Positions 28,391 through 38,736 of a stretch of 64,000 nucleotides of DNA are shown here, one piece after another (position 1 is the first letter of the stretch; every line of letters begins with the position of its first letter). The position numbers were made by a program, and so were the translations under genes. The DNA is from Escherichia phage fEgEco12, in the sequence record PP777464.1; one strand, given 5' to 3'. Under the pieces are notes generated by a model that was not told the DNA's origin, did not search any database, and worked only from the letters and a program-made list of their open reading frames with translations.

Positions 28391-29533
28391 TCAATAAGTA
28401 TCCCAAGGTAATGGTGTCTTCCTAAATCCATACCTGGTTGTGCTCGCACCATCACCAGCAATGTATCTACCTATACCACATTGGTATAACTCTGTACTAC
28501 TACATATAGCACCACCAATAGTACCACTACTCCACTGAATTATATTAGAATATGTTATTGGTAAATCACTACATTTAGTATATATTCCAACAGTAGCACC
28601 ACCACTAATACCACCAAACATACTTCGGTTAGCACCAGTGTAATATATACCATCTGGACTCATAAATGCAGAGGTGTAAGTTGTACTGCAATCCACTGGA
28701 CTTCTTATTGTATTAAGATCGCCTGGGTATGTCCTGACACCAAAGGTGTATACATTACCATCAGTTGTAATACCATTACCTAACTGCCCACTGTTTTGTC
28801 CACCACATGTAAGCAACAATGCAGAACCAGAAACAATTGCAGTAGCATTATACGAAGTACCCATTGCAATAGAAGCACCAGACAATAGTTTTGGAGTAAC
28901 AATAGCTGTTGTATTACCCTGGCCTAATTCACCATTGATATTTCGTCCCCATGCGTATATAGAAGTCGTGTCCAATCGACATAGTACTGAACCATAACTA
29001 AACGTATATCGCATGTCAATTACCGCATTAGGCAAATTAACCTTAGTTGCAACACTAATAACACCACCAGTAACACCACTGTTTGCGTTCATGTTACGAC
29101 CATATGCATATAAAGAACCATCTGAAGTTTTAATATGCATCATACCATCTGTACAATATAATGCATCTATACTCTCCACCGCAACCGGACCCATACTGGT
29201 AGTTATATCGGTCCACCCAAGAGAGGTAGTACTAGAAATTAAGTTATTTCCGGCGTATAGTATTCTATTATTATTAGTAACTACAACTGTATATCTGGTA
29301 GTAACACCAATTAATCGAACATCAGTATATATCTTAGACCACGCACCTAATGAATTGGTGTTTGCATCCAAAAAGCCCAACTGCCCATCTGTATTGTATC
29401 CAATACCCCATACATCACCTGCACTGTCCAATAACACTTCATGTGAAAATCCAATCTTAAAATCTTTTATTGTAGGAACTACCGGAACTGGTGCAATATT
29501 CCCGTACTTAACCATTCTAGCAAAAGGTAACAT
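28391..29533 (-). CDS. RCC1-like repeat protein, array member 8
   Basis: GYNTDGQLG, GQNSGQLGNG, GRNINGELGQG motifs. Confidence 0.75.
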   Translation of the reverse strand: MLPFARMVKYGNIAPVPVVPTIKDFKIGFSHEVLLDSAGDVWGIGYNTDGQLGFLDANTNSLGAWSKIYTDVRLIGVTTRYTVVVTNNNRILYAGNNLISSTTSLGWTDITTSMGPVAVESIDALYCTDGMMHIKTSDGSLYAYGRNMNANSGVTGGVISVATKVNLPNAVIDMRYTFSYGSVLCRLDTTSIYAWGRNINGELGQGNTTAIVTPKLLSGASIAMGTSYNATAIVSGSALLLTCGGQNSGQLGNGITTDGNVYTFGVRTYPGDLNTIRSPVDCSTTYTSAFMSPDGIYYTGANRSMFGGISGGATVGIYTKCSDLPITYSNIIQWSSGTIGGAICSSTELYQCGIGRYIAGDGASTTRYGFRKTPLPWDTY

Positions 29534-29607
29534 AATTCCCTCCTTTATTCATTATACTATATTTAATACAAATAAGAATGCCAGTACTCTGTACTGGCAT
29601 TTTAATT
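29534..29607 (-). promoter_or_regulatory. array cassette
   Basis: conserved cassette. Confidence 0.6.
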
Positions 29608-30762
29608 TTAACTCGGTGTAACTATTTTTTTAAATAATCCTGTATTTCCGGCATTTTCTTCTTCATACGGAATTGTACCCATACCAGCAGTTCTACTACC
29701 ATTCCCTGAACCATATAATTCACCGTTTTTTAACATGAATGTTATCATATAACCATGTGTCATTTTATCATATGGAACTGGTTCAGTTATATTAGTACAT
29801 GCACGCCATGTTTTAATAACATTAGAGTTCGTTATTCCATCTCCAGAAGCGTTTCCACGCCCAGCGAAATACCATATACCACCTGCTCTAACGTGTGCTT
29901 CATAATTAGAACCACCTATGTAATCAATCGCAGTACTAGGAATACTAGAAGCTGGTATCTTTGTGATTGTTCTAAGACTGTTAATAGTGCCATCAGTGCC
30001 ATCACCCAACTGTCCATCTATTTGTGAACCGAATACATATAGCCCATCACTCTTTAATACGTAATTAGCACTATATGCATTTTCTGAATTTATCTGTAAT
30101 ACTCCAGTAGTAACAGTAGTCAATGTGGTAGTTGTACTAGTCGTACCAGTCGAACCAATACTAGATTTATTCCCACTGTACTTTAATGTCCCATCATTGT
30201 ATAATACAAATGAAGCATTATTCGCGGTTACACCAATATCTTTAACATCAACTTCAGGTGTCAATGTCAGTACTGATACTCTTTGTCCAACAGCCCCAGT
30301 AAAAACTTCACCGTTGTTATTGTCACCCATCTTATATAATTTATTATCTATTGTTAATAATAATGTAACGCCGTTTCCTATAACTATTTTACTATATGTG
30401 TCATTCACATTATTAAAAATACCAAGTATTTCTGTCCATACACGATAAGTAGTATTAACACCACGATAGATTTGAGTACCAGTACTCCACCATGTGCCAT
30501 CATTTTTACGTACTAATATTCCTTGTGTATCACCAGTAGTCCAAAATTCCTTTACATCAGTTAAACATAAAACCCACTCTTCAACTATAGTAGGAGAACT
30601 ACTACCAGTACCTAATTGATAGTAAAAATTATGCCCTCTGCCATATAATCTTCCGTCTTCTAATAAAATAAACACATTATTCTGTAAAACTTTTACCATC
30701 TTTATACCAACTGGCACAGGTGCTTCATTCCCATAATCAAACATTCTAACAAAAGGTAACAT
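29608..30762 (-). CDS. RCC1-like repeat protein, array member 9
   Basis: GHNFYYQLGTG, GSQIDGQLGDG motifs. Confidence 0.75.
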   Translation of the reverse strand: MLPFVRMFDYGNEAPVPVGIKMVKVLQNNVFILLEDGRLYGRGHNFYYQLGTGSSSPTIVEEWVLCLTDVKEFWTTGDTQGILVRKNDGTWWSTGTQIYRGVNTTYRVWTEILGIFNNVNDTYSKIVIGNGVTLLLTIDNKLYKMGDNNNGEVFTGAVGQRVSVLTLTPEVDVKDIGVTANNASFVLYNDGTLKYSGNKSSIGSTGTTSTTTTLTTVTTGVLQINSENAYSANYVLKSDGLYVFGSQIDGQLGDGTDGTINSLRTITKIPASSIPSTAIDYIGGSNYEAHVRAGGIWYFAGRGNASGDGITNSNVIKTWRACTNITEPVPYDKMTHGYMITFMLKNGELYGSGNGSRTAGMGTIPYEEENAGNTGLFKKIVTPS

Positions 30763-30832
30763 ATTTCCCTCCTTTATTCATTATACTATATTTAATCAAA
30801 AAGAATGCCAGTACTTGAGTACTGGCATTATG
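30763..30832 (-). promoter_or_regulatory. array cassette
   Basis: conserved cassette. Confidence 0.6.
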
Positions 30833-31942
30833 TTATTTTGGTAAATCAATTTTAGCAAAGACTGCAACATCTGCACTTGCACCTGGAATGGCGTAATACG
30901 ATCCAGTACTATATACATTCCCGTCTTTGGTTAATAATGATGTTAATCCGTCACTAAAAGCAACATCACTAATCTCACTAACTTCTACAGGTAATTGTAA
31001 ATTAGCAGCACTATAGATAGCACCCGTTTGAGAATTGTTTAATCCCAAACCACGGTTTCCCCCAATACCTTTCTGATATGCACTAGTTAATATAATTTGC
31101 GTAGCCGTGCTTGTTGCCTCTGAATTTGTCATAAACAAAGGTGAATTATTAGGTAAAGTACTTACAGGAACTGCTTTGAATGTAGTTGAATCTGAACTAA
31201 GAAAGTTTGGAGTTGTACCACATGTGAAATATGATGTACCATTATAGTAATTGAGTGTATGTCCACCAATAGCTGCATCTATTACACCAGAACTACGCAG
31301 TCCCCAAATGTTAACTTGTGTTCTGTTCCCTGTGCCATGTAATCCACGGTCATTCCACCCTGAACTATATAACTTATTATCTATGCTAATATACATACTA
31401 TCATTAGGAGTAGACATAACTTTACGCACATTAGAAGCACATAGTGTTAATGTATATATTGATGAAGAACCAATCCCCAATACACCACGGTATCCATTAG
31501 CCCCAGCACCATAGAGTACTGAACTTGAACTGAGTACAAATATTACACCACCATTGCATACAATATTAGCAATTTGATTCACAGGAATTGTATTTGTAAA
31601 CCACTCCGTTCTATCAACTAATGTAGTACTGTAAGAAGTTGTTGTTGATGATGTGAACCAATATGTTTCACCTGATGTCCATATCGTATTGTCATTTTTA
31701 ATAATAACAAGTGTTCGTCCTCCAGTGAAAAAATTAGAAACATCTGCACTTACTAATGTCCAAGAAGATACCGTGTTTTTATTACCATTTCCAGATTCAC
31801 CACCTTGATTTCTGCCTATGTAATATAATTCATGTGAATCAGTCAATACGAATTGACCTTGTGTAGAAGCACCAACTTTTATTATATTTTTAGGACCAGG
31901 TGTAATATTCCCATAATCAAATAGTCTTACAAAAGGTAACAT
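30833..31942 (-). CDS. RCC1-like repeat protein, array member 10
   Basis: start at MLPF Met; 8-nt gap with GGAGGAAT RBS, co-transcribed with member 11. Confidence 0.75.
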   Translation of the reverse strand: MLPFVRLFDYGNITPGPKNIIKVGASTQGQFVLTDSHELYYIGRNQGGESGNGNKNTVSSWTLVSADVSNFFTGGRTLVIIKNDNTIWTSGETYWFTSSTTTSYSTTLVDRTEWFTNTIPVNQIANIVCNGGVIFVLSSSSVLYGAGANGYRGVLGIGSSSIYTLTLCASNVRKVMSTPNDSMYISIDNKLYSSGWNDRGLHGTGNRTQVNIWGLRSSGVIDAAIGGHTLNYYNGTSYFTCGTTPNFLSSDSTTFKAVPVSTLPNNSPLFMTNSEATSTATQIILTSAYQKGIGGNRGLGLNNSQTGAIYSAANLQLPVEVSEISDVAFSDGLTSLLTKDGNVYSTGSYYAIPGASADVAVFAKIDLPK

Positions 31943-31950
31943 AATTCCTC

Positions 31951-33144
31951 CTATTGTTGCCATAACTGCGTTGGCATTAATGTTAATGTTTTAATTAAGT
32001 AAGTACCATCCGGTAATTTACTACCTGAACCGTTAAAGCCCCCACATGCATATAATTTATAATCTTTAGTTATAATTATTGTTCTGGACCAGTCTTTGGA
32101 TGCCATAAGAACATTGTCATATCCACCCTGTATCGCACTTAAAGAAAACGCCCCCCACGAAGTAATTATTGTTGTATTTCCCGTCCCTTCTTGACCATAT
32201 GTATTGATGCCTGCACTCCTGACATATGATGGGTATTGAGCCATAGGTGCACCAATTGTTGAGTTACCCATATTACTAGGACACAGGAAACCATCACTAA
32301 TATTCACTATAACCTGTGAATTCTGAACTGTAGTTAATTGGTTTGTAGTTGAAGTAGTACCATTCCCAGCTTGTCCAGAATTGTTTCTACCACTCCAGTA
32401 CACCCTACCGGCAGTAAACCACCAGGTAACATCATAAGTAGTACTTATATAATCGACGTTGGTTCGTATTAATTTATTAGTAAAAACGTATGAGCTAGTC
32501 CCACCACCACTTTCACCAAAGTTATCCTTACCACAAAACCATGCTTCTTTATTTGTTTTGAGATAGTGCGTACCCTGTAATGAACACGCCAATTGAGAAA
32601 CTTCACCCATACCAGTAACAACTGTTAGTACTGGAATGGGATTTTGGTTACCTGTTCCACATTCGGCATTTGCATTTTTACCACAAACAACGACTCTTCC
32701 ATCGTGTAGTAATATTCTAGTACTTTCACCTATATGTACACTCTTGATTAAATTAGCGTGTATATTTATTTTGTTAAATGCGGCAGTAACATCAGTCCAT
32801 GTTCTAAAATAACCATTAACTGGAGTTGCATCTCCATAATCGGGGAATGCTACTGTATTCCCTGTGAAATATATTCTATTATCCAAGTCAATCATCAATG
32901 ATCCATGAACGCCTAACCAAAAGGCTGCACAGTGCGTTGCCAGTACTGTAAAAGTTGAAACTGCCGATTGATTCCCTAGACCTAATTGGCTCAAGTTATT
33001 ACCACCATAACCGTATAGTGTATTCGTGGGCTTATGTAGATACATAGCATTAGTATAATGTTGCTGTAAAACATCAGTGAACTCAACTGGTTCAGGAATA
33101 GGCAGTTTATTCCCGTACTTAACCATTCTTGCAAAAGGTAACAT
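31951..33144 (-). CDS. RCC1-like repeat protein, array member 11
   Basis: GGNNLSQLGLG, GRNNSGQAGNG motifs; start at MLPF Met (alternative 33159). Confidence 0.7.
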   Translation of the reverse strand: MLPFARMVKYGNKLPIPEPVEFTDVLQQHYTNAMYLHKPTNTLYGYGGNNLSQLGLGNQSAVSTFTVLATHCAAFWLGVHGSLMIDLDNRIYFTGNTVAFPDYGDATPVNGYFRTWTDVTAAFNKINIHANLIKSVHIGESTRILLHDGRVVVCGKNANAECGTGNQNPIPVLTVVTGMGEVSQLACSLQGTHYLKTNKEAWFCGKDNFGESGGGTSSYVFTNKLIRTNVDYISTTYDVTWWFTAGRVYWSGRNNSGQAGNGTTSTTNQLTTVQNSQVIVNISDGFLCPSNMGNSTIGAPMAQYPSYVRSAGINTYGQEGTGNTTIITSWGAFSLSAIQGGYDNVLMASKDWSRTIIITKDYKLYACGGFNGSGSKLPDGTYLIKTLTLMPTQLWQQ

Positions 33145-33159
33145 AACTAAAATCTCCAT

Positions 33160-33219
33160 ATAATAATTATAATGTATTTACAAAAAAATACCAGTACGTA
33201 TTTCAGTACTGGTATAATG
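33160..33219 (-). promoter_or_regulatory. variant array cassette (hairpin ACCAGTAC..GTACTGGT, TATAAT, GGAG)
   Basis: diverged cassette. Confidence 0.5.
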
Positions 33220-34401
33220 TTATGGTAAAATAATAGCTTGTAACGAACTCATACCCAATGTTGGAACACTCGCCTGTGGTGCTGGTGCATTCACTTTTGG
33301 TGATGAAACCGCATATGTCATTCCTGAACCCAAATCTGGATCAAAAACTACAGCACAATAATTCCCACTATATATAAGTCCATTCTTGTATCCTTGTGCA
33401 CTTTGAATGCATTTCGTGAACGTCCCAATATCTGTAGTGGCATTTATTAAGTTCCTCCCACGATAACCGCAGGTGTATATGAAATTATCATCGCCTATGT
33501 ACATACTAGAATCCCCAGCAGAACTACATAGATACGACATATAAGCACGCATGTTTTTAGGAGCAACTGACAATGTACCAGCATAGAATTTATTATTCGA
33601 ACCCGAAATATCACCATCACCCAAAGCACCAAAACTCCCCCAACCAGTACCATAATATCTCTTATCACTCAAGAATATAATACAGTTGTTATTACACATC
33701 TTGACTTGATATATCAATGAAGGATCAACCCCAGGGAATGATTCAGTGTATGTTAGAACAGCCAGATCAGTACTAGCATTACATTGATGATATGTATTAG
33801 TACCAGAGGACAATATTGTACCATCAACTAATAGAATCCTCGAAGTGCCAGTACCAGCAGTACAAGCAACTGCACTTCCTGCACTTCCGGTGTATATTTG
33901 TCTGAAAGTAAAGAAACCAACAGTCTTACTCCCTTGTCCACTCCAACCAGTATTATCAACACCACACGCCCATACTGAACCATCTTCCATGATCATCATT
34001 ACACCATAACGTTCTATTGAAATATAAACAATCTTTTTAGTATCAACTGCACTAAATCTAGAAGTTATATCCGTCCAAACCTTTACACTTACCGCCGTCG
34101 CACTGGAAGTAGGATCTTCACCTGCTATCATTATCCTACCATTGTTAGTCAGATACATTGTCTGACTATAACCAGTACTACAAAACTTAACACTATCAGT
34201 CTCTGGAACTTTTAACCACTCGTTGTAACGTGTTACGTTAGTGTTATTACCTAACTGATAATAGTTATTCATCCCAGATACATATAACACACCATCCTTT
34301 ATTAAACTATAAGTCGCACTATAGTCACTACAGGTATAACGTGTACCCACAGGTGGCTCAACGACGTTCCCATAATCAAACATTCTAACAAAAGGTAACA
34401 T
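33220..34401 (-). CDS. RCC1-like repeat protein, array member 12
   Basis: GMNNYYQLGNNTN motif; leader. Confidence 0.75.
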   Translation of the reverse strand: MLPFVRMFDYGNVVEPPVGTRYTCSDYSATYSLIKDGVLYVSGMNNYYQLGNNTNVTRYNEWLKVPETDSVKFCSTGYSQTMYLTNNGRIMIAGEDPTSSATAVSVKVWTDITSRFSAVDTKKIVYISIERYGVMMIMEDGSVWACGVDNTGWSGQGSKTVGFFTFRQIYTGSAGSAVACTAGTGTSRILLVDGTILSSGTNTYHQCNASTDLAVLTYTESFPGVDPSLIYQVKMCNNNCIIFLSDKRYYGTGWGSFGALGDGDISGSNNKFYAGTLSVAPKNMRAYMSYLCSSAGDSSMYIGDDNFIYTCGYRGRNLINATTDIGTFTKCIQSAQGYKNGLIYSGNYCAVVFDPDLGSGMTYAVSSPKVNAPAPQASVPTLGMSSLQAIILP

Positions 34402-34474
34402 AATAAAATCTCCGTAATTAAATTATATAGTATTTACAAAAAATACCAGTACATATTTCAGTACTGACCTATTA
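34402..34474 (-). promoter_or_regulatory. variant array cassette
   Basis: hairpin + TATAAT + GGAG. Confidence 0.5.
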
Positions 34475-35596
34475 TTAAAAGGGCAACGGTAACTCAGTAA
34501 AAGTACTTACGTCCGGTAAACCATACATTGAATTAGCATCACCACAGTAATACCACTTCGTAGAATCATGTACCACCGATAAACGCTGTGCACATAACAC
34601 TTCCTGTATGTCATTAAACACCATCGGGACTAACTCATATGTATCCGCAAATGAAGATACACCACCACTCGCATGAAAAGTATTCGTCCCAGCATAAAAT
34701 AACTGATTAGTGTTCTTACCCACAGCAAATGTCATCAATATCCCATCATTCTCCCATAAAGAAGAAAACTTATCAACACTACCAGAAAGCTCTGTGTAAG
34801 TACTCGTAATGGCACTCGCAGCCGCCGCATTACCCATCTGTTTATTCAAGTTCTGTCCAGCAATAAAATATCTCGTTCGTGCACTAGAATCAGTATATAA
34901 TAACCCAGTGTTCGTAGTCATCATACCAATGTCCTTAATCGTCATACCAGTCTGTGAATAACTTAGATACGAAGTTAAATTAACATTATTACCCAACGAA
35001 CCGTTATCACTCATGCCACAACGATGTAATATACCACTTGTATCAACGTAGATTGTACTAACTAAACTCGTATACAACTCTTGTACATTATTCGCAATAA
35101 ACACAGCAGTCGCCTTATTACTAACCCCACCAAATGATAGGTTATTATCAAATCCCTTAGCGTATAATTGATTATTAGTAGTCAATAATCCAATCGTGAA
35201 ATAAGACATTTTCATATCCCTTACTGTACTCAAATCTACTGCCCCAAATTGGTGCGTAACATCTGTCCATGTGAAAATCTGTGCACTACCAACACCACCC
35301 GTTTCAAACCATTTGTCACCACAGTACAATATGCGATTACCCTTAGTAAAGATAACTGTTACCAATCCACTACCACACGCAAACTTTACATCACTTCTAA
35401 CCTTCGTCCAATCAAGTACATAGGTAGTGGTGTTATTACCTATACCTAACTTGCCATAACGGTTATAACCACGCACCCACAAATCACCACTCTTAGTAAT
35501 TAATAGTAATGCGTCTCCTGTACTTATTATTCGAAATCCCGAACTAGGATCAGGTACTTCATTTCCATAATCAAACATTCTAACAAAAGGTAACAT
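34475..35596 (-). CDS. RCC1-like repeat protein, array member 13
   Basis: GYNRYGKLGIGNNTT motif. Confidence 0.75.
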   Translation of the reverse strand: MLPFVRMFDYGNEVPDPSSGFRIISTGDALLLITKSGDLWVRGYNRYGKLGIGNNTTTYVLDWTKVRSDVKFACGSGLVTVIFTKGNRILYCGDKWFETGGVGSAQIFTWTDVTHQFGAVDLSTVRDMKMSYFTIGLLTTNNQLYAKGFDNNLSFGGVSNKATAVFIANNVQELYTSLVSTIYVDTSGILHRCGMSDNGSLGNNVNLTSYLSYSQTGMTIKDIGMMTTNTGLLYTDSSARTRYFIAGQNLNKQMGNAAAASAITSTYTELSGSVDKFSSLWENDGILMTFAVGKNTNQLFYAGTNTFHASGGVSSFADTYELVPMVFNDIQEVLCAQRLSVVHDSTKWYYCGDANSMYGLPDVSTFTELPLPF

Positions 35597-35668
35597 ATTT
35601 CCCTCCTTTATTCATTATAATATATTTAATACAAAAAAGAAAAGCCAGTACAGAGTACTGGCATAGTA
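35597..35668 (-). promoter_or_regulatory. array cassette
   Basis: conserved cassette. Confidence 0.6.
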
Positions 35669-36778
35669 TTACTTGGGTAATGGAATTGTAGTCCATCTAT
35701 TAGCGGCAACGCCCCCTGGTACATATGTAGGACTACCACTTACAGCAATAGTTTCATTACCATCATACACAACACTGAAGTTTGTGCACGTATACAACGA
35801 GGCGGTATCTGGATTGTAATTTATAAGTGTTAATGTATTGGTGAACAAATTCAATGCAGTAGTTGACCCGTTTTTACCAAACGAACCTGTCGTATATATC
35901 TTTCCTTCTGTTGTTGAGTACATGTTAACATATGACCCAGATGATGATTTGGCAATTTTATCTATCTTGCTATCTATCGTTTTAGAGTTAAATTGAAATG
36001 GATATACCTGTACGTTAGTATCTAAACCATTTCCTAGTTCCCCATTTAACTGCCACCCTGAGTGGTACATTCCCGAATTTGTATATGCAAGCGTACTATA
36101 CCCATTACCACCCATTATTTTAGTGCCAGATAATTTTAAACCAAACGATGTCCACTTACCAGTTTCATTTCCTATAGAACCATAAGCACTTGTCCCACAT
36201 GCTCGAAGCTCACCATTCGATGTTAGAAGCACTGTATTATTAACGTTACCAAATATATCAATAACCTGATTAGTTCCATTATTCAGTACTGAAGTGAAAG
36301 TACTCTGTGAGTAAGTACTACCTGAACCAACAGAACCATTTGTGTTCATACCTCTTCCATATACAGTTGTACCATCAGCACTAACATAGTGCATTGAATC
36401 AAAACCAATGGATATCATTTTAATATTAGAGATATCTGGGAATGAAGAAGTTACATCTACTCCACCTAATGGAATTGTAGTATTTCCTAAACCTAATGAG
36501 ACATTAGTTCCGTGCATTATAAATTTATCTTCTTTCAAATATAAAATATTGTATCCACCAGCCCATGCATTACTAACACCATTGGTAATTAGTACCCAAT
36601 TATTTTGTGTAGCAGTTCCATCAATATTTAACTGTTGATAGTTATTGATTCCACAACCATATAGCGAACCATCACCATATAGTACATATAAATTATCATA
36701 TCCTGCTATAACTTTCTTTATTTTTTTCGGTACTGGTGCAATATTCCCGTACTTAACCATTCTTACAAAAGGTAACAT
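35669..36778 (-). CDS. RCC1-like repeat protein, array member 14 (close paralog of member 5)
   Basis: start at MLPF Met. Confidence 0.75.
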   Translation of the reverse strand: MLPFVRMVKYGNIAPVPKKIKKVIAGYDNLYVLYGDGSLYGCGINNYQQLNIDGTATQNNWVLITNGVSNAWAGGYNILYLKEDKFIMHGTNVSLGLGNTTIPLGGVDVTSSFPDISNIKMISIGFDSMHYVSADGTTVYGRGMNTNGSVGSGSTYSQSTFTSVLNNGTNQVIDIFGNVNNTVLLTSNGELRACGTSAYGSIGNETGKWTSFGLKLSGTKIMGGNGYSTLAYTNSGMYHSGWQLNGELGNGLDTNVQVYPFQFNSKTIDSKIDKIAKSSSGSYVNMYSTTEGKIYTTGSFGKNGSTTALNLFTNTLTLINYNPDTASLYTCTNFSVVYDGNETIAVSGSPTYVPGGVAANRWTTIPLPK

Positions 36779-36850
36779 ATTTCCTCCTTTATTCATTATA
36801 CTATATTTAATACAAAAAGAAAAGCCAGTATCAAGTACTGGCATATTAAA
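36779..36850 (-). promoter_or_regulatory. array cassette
   Basis: conserved cassette. Confidence 0.6.
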
Positions 36851-37999
36851 TCACTGCCAAAATGACATATCAACTTCTGTGAAATTAAGCACGCTCTGCG
36901 TAGAAAGACCACCCATTGCTACCATCGCAATTCCACAATAATATAACTTCCCTTTGTCATTGAGTAACAATGTCCCAGATGGTGTTGTTACTAAATTGCA
37001 CGAAGTATTAAAAGAAGTATATGAAGGAGTATAGTAGTACTGATTAATGGTATTACCTACACCTAATTTTCCATACCCATTTTCTCCAGATGCGTAAAGT
37101 ACTTCATCACCTTTAGCAATATGTGATGCCATGTTACTAACACACGTGTATACAGCTCTAACTCCTGTACTCAATAATGTAGGAGTCTTGTATTGGATAT
37201 CAGTACTAGTAGATGTCCCACCTGTACCAAATTCATTACCGTATTGTGCACCGTATTGTTTACCACAAGCGTACAAATTATTATCCGATTTGATAAAAAA
37301 TGTACTCTGATAACTTACATTAAAATCTATAACATCCGAAGAAATCATCGTCACCCCAGTAATAGAAGTTTGATTACCCGTGCCCAACTGGTAGTAATAG
37401 TTAAAACCACAACCCCATAAAGTATTATCTTCTCGCAAATAAATGTTACCAACTGCCTTTTTAACCGAAGTTATAGTATCTACTCTTTTGAATGTGTTAA
37501 AAGAATTAATGTTTGTGCCATCACCAAATGATGATATGTTCGATATATTGTTAGTTCCACAACAATACAATGTACCATCGTTTGTTATCAAATTCACCTT
37601 CATATCATAAAAACTACTCATGTATTTTATATCAGAAACATTAATACCACTTGATGTTATCCACGTAGTACAGTCCGTCCACAAAGTTTTTCTATCAGTT
37701 ACACCAGTGAATGCCTTCGTGTTACCAGTGATAAAAACTTTTCCAGTACCTTTCTCTTCATACAATTGACAATCACTACTGTTATCTTCCAATAGAACTC
37801 GTTTAACATTCTCCGCACAAAGAATAAATTTACTCGATGCTACACCTGTACCAGTACCCCAATTCGTCGCAGAAGATGCATACAACTTGTCAGTATAAGT
37901 ATCATGAAGATACATAGAATCACTGGAATATATTTTATAACGACCAGAGTTGGTAGGAGCTTCATTCCCATAATCAAACATTCTAACAAAAGGTAACAT
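36851..37999 (-). CDS. RCC1-like repeat protein, array member 15
   Basis: GFNYYYQLGTGNQ, GENGYGKLGVGNT motifs; start at MLPF Met. Confidence 0.75.
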   Translation of the reverse strand: MLPFVRMFDYGNEAPTNSGRYKIYSSDSMYLHDTYTDKLYASSATNWGTGTGVASSKFILCAENVKRVLLEDNSSDCQLYEEKGTGKVFITGNTKAFTGVTDRKTLWTDCTTWITSSGINVSDIKYMSSFYDMKVNLITNDGTLYCCGTNNISNISSFGDGTNINSFNTFKRVDTITSVKKAVGNIYLREDNTLWGCGFNYYYQLGTGNQTSITGVTMISSDVIDFNVSYQSTFFIKSDNNLYACGKQYGAQYGNEFGTGGTSTSTDIQYKTPTLLSTGVRAVYTCVSNMASHIAKGDEVLYASGENGYGKLGVGNTINQYYYTPSYTSFNTSCNLVTTPSGTLLLNDKGKLYYCGIAMVAMGGLSTQSVLNFTEVDMSFWQ

Positions 38000-38047
38000 A
38001 TTTCCTCCTTTATTCATTATATCATATTTACCCCAAAAAGAAAACCC
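38000..38047 (-). promoter_or_regulatory. promoter/RBS cassette of array member 15
   Basis: same cassette sequence. Confidence 0.5.
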
Positions 38048-38094
38048 TTGACAACCTTTCAGTACTGGTGTACTATAGAAGGAATATAAGGAGA
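38048..38094 (+). promoter_or_regulatory. promoter of tiny-protein array (TTGACA-17-TACTAT, RBS AAGGAG)
   Basis: TTGACA 38048-38053, TACTAT 38071-38076. Confidence 0.6.
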
Positions 38095-38101
38095 ACTGTA
38101 C

Positions 38102-38329
38102 ATGACAACTACACTTAAGTACTACATTAATACTCTAACTGAACTAGAGTACGCGAAGTTTCTCGCGGATAGTTCGTGGCTAATTGAGCTAAAAACACAT
38201 AACAGTACTGGATGTAACCTTATGCTGAACAATGCACTTGATACCCTTGTAGTGAGTATTTTACACAGCAACATCTGCGGGAATAGCAATAAACAATTAT
38301 CAAAAATCTTAGTACTGGTAGCTCTATGA
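38102..38329 (+). CDS. tiny-protein family member (75 aa)
   Basis: first gene after promoter. Confidence 0.5.
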   Translation: MTTTLKYYINTLTELEYAKFLADSSWLIELKTHNSTGCNLMLNNALDTLVVSILHSNICGNSNKQLSKILVLVAL

Positions 38330-38538
38330 ACACTATGAACATTGAACAGTACTACATCGATGCACTACCAACAAAAGGTCTACGAGAAAGCCTACTGTAT
38401 ACACAAAATAATTATATAAACTTCAAACATTGTCCTAAACTCTTGAACTCGTACAGGAATAATAAAATAAGAAATGCTGTACAAGGGGTAGAAAGTATGC
38501 AATACTATTACATCCTAACCCTTTTAATCGAGCACTAA
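38326..38538 (+). CDS. tiny-protein family member (70 aa)
   Basis: ATGA overlap. Confidence 0.5.
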   Translation: MNTMNIEQYYIDALPTKGLRESLLYTQNNYINFKHCPKLLNSYRNNKIRNAVQGVESMQYYYILTLLIEH

Positions 38539-38539
38539 T

Positions 38540-38725
38540 ATGTATAAAGAATTCTACTGTAGTAAGCTGCACAAACAATACAGAGATTCATTTCCCAATG
38601 AACCTATGGATATGAATAGTCCCTTTTATAAATTTGACTTCAGACTGGAGACACGTTATGCAATAGAACATCAATTTCCTGAAACTAAGTACTTATCTAT
38701 CATGAACCTCATCTTTAAGTTCTAA
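38540..38725 (+). CDS. tiny-protein family member (61 aa, MYKEFY..)
   Basis: tandem paralog. Confidence 0.5.
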   Translation: MYKEFYCSKLHKQYRDSFPNEPMDMNSPFYKFDFRLETRYAIEHQFPETKYLSIMNLIFKF

Positions 38726-38736
38726 AAGAGTACTAT

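Noticed and set aside
19665-38017. CRISPR array explanation for the regularly spaced repeats in the 19.7-38 kb region
   Set aside because: The repeats are about 75-bp promoter/terminator cassettes separated by full-length 1.1-kb protein-coding genes, not 25-50 bp repeats with short spacers; no cas genes.
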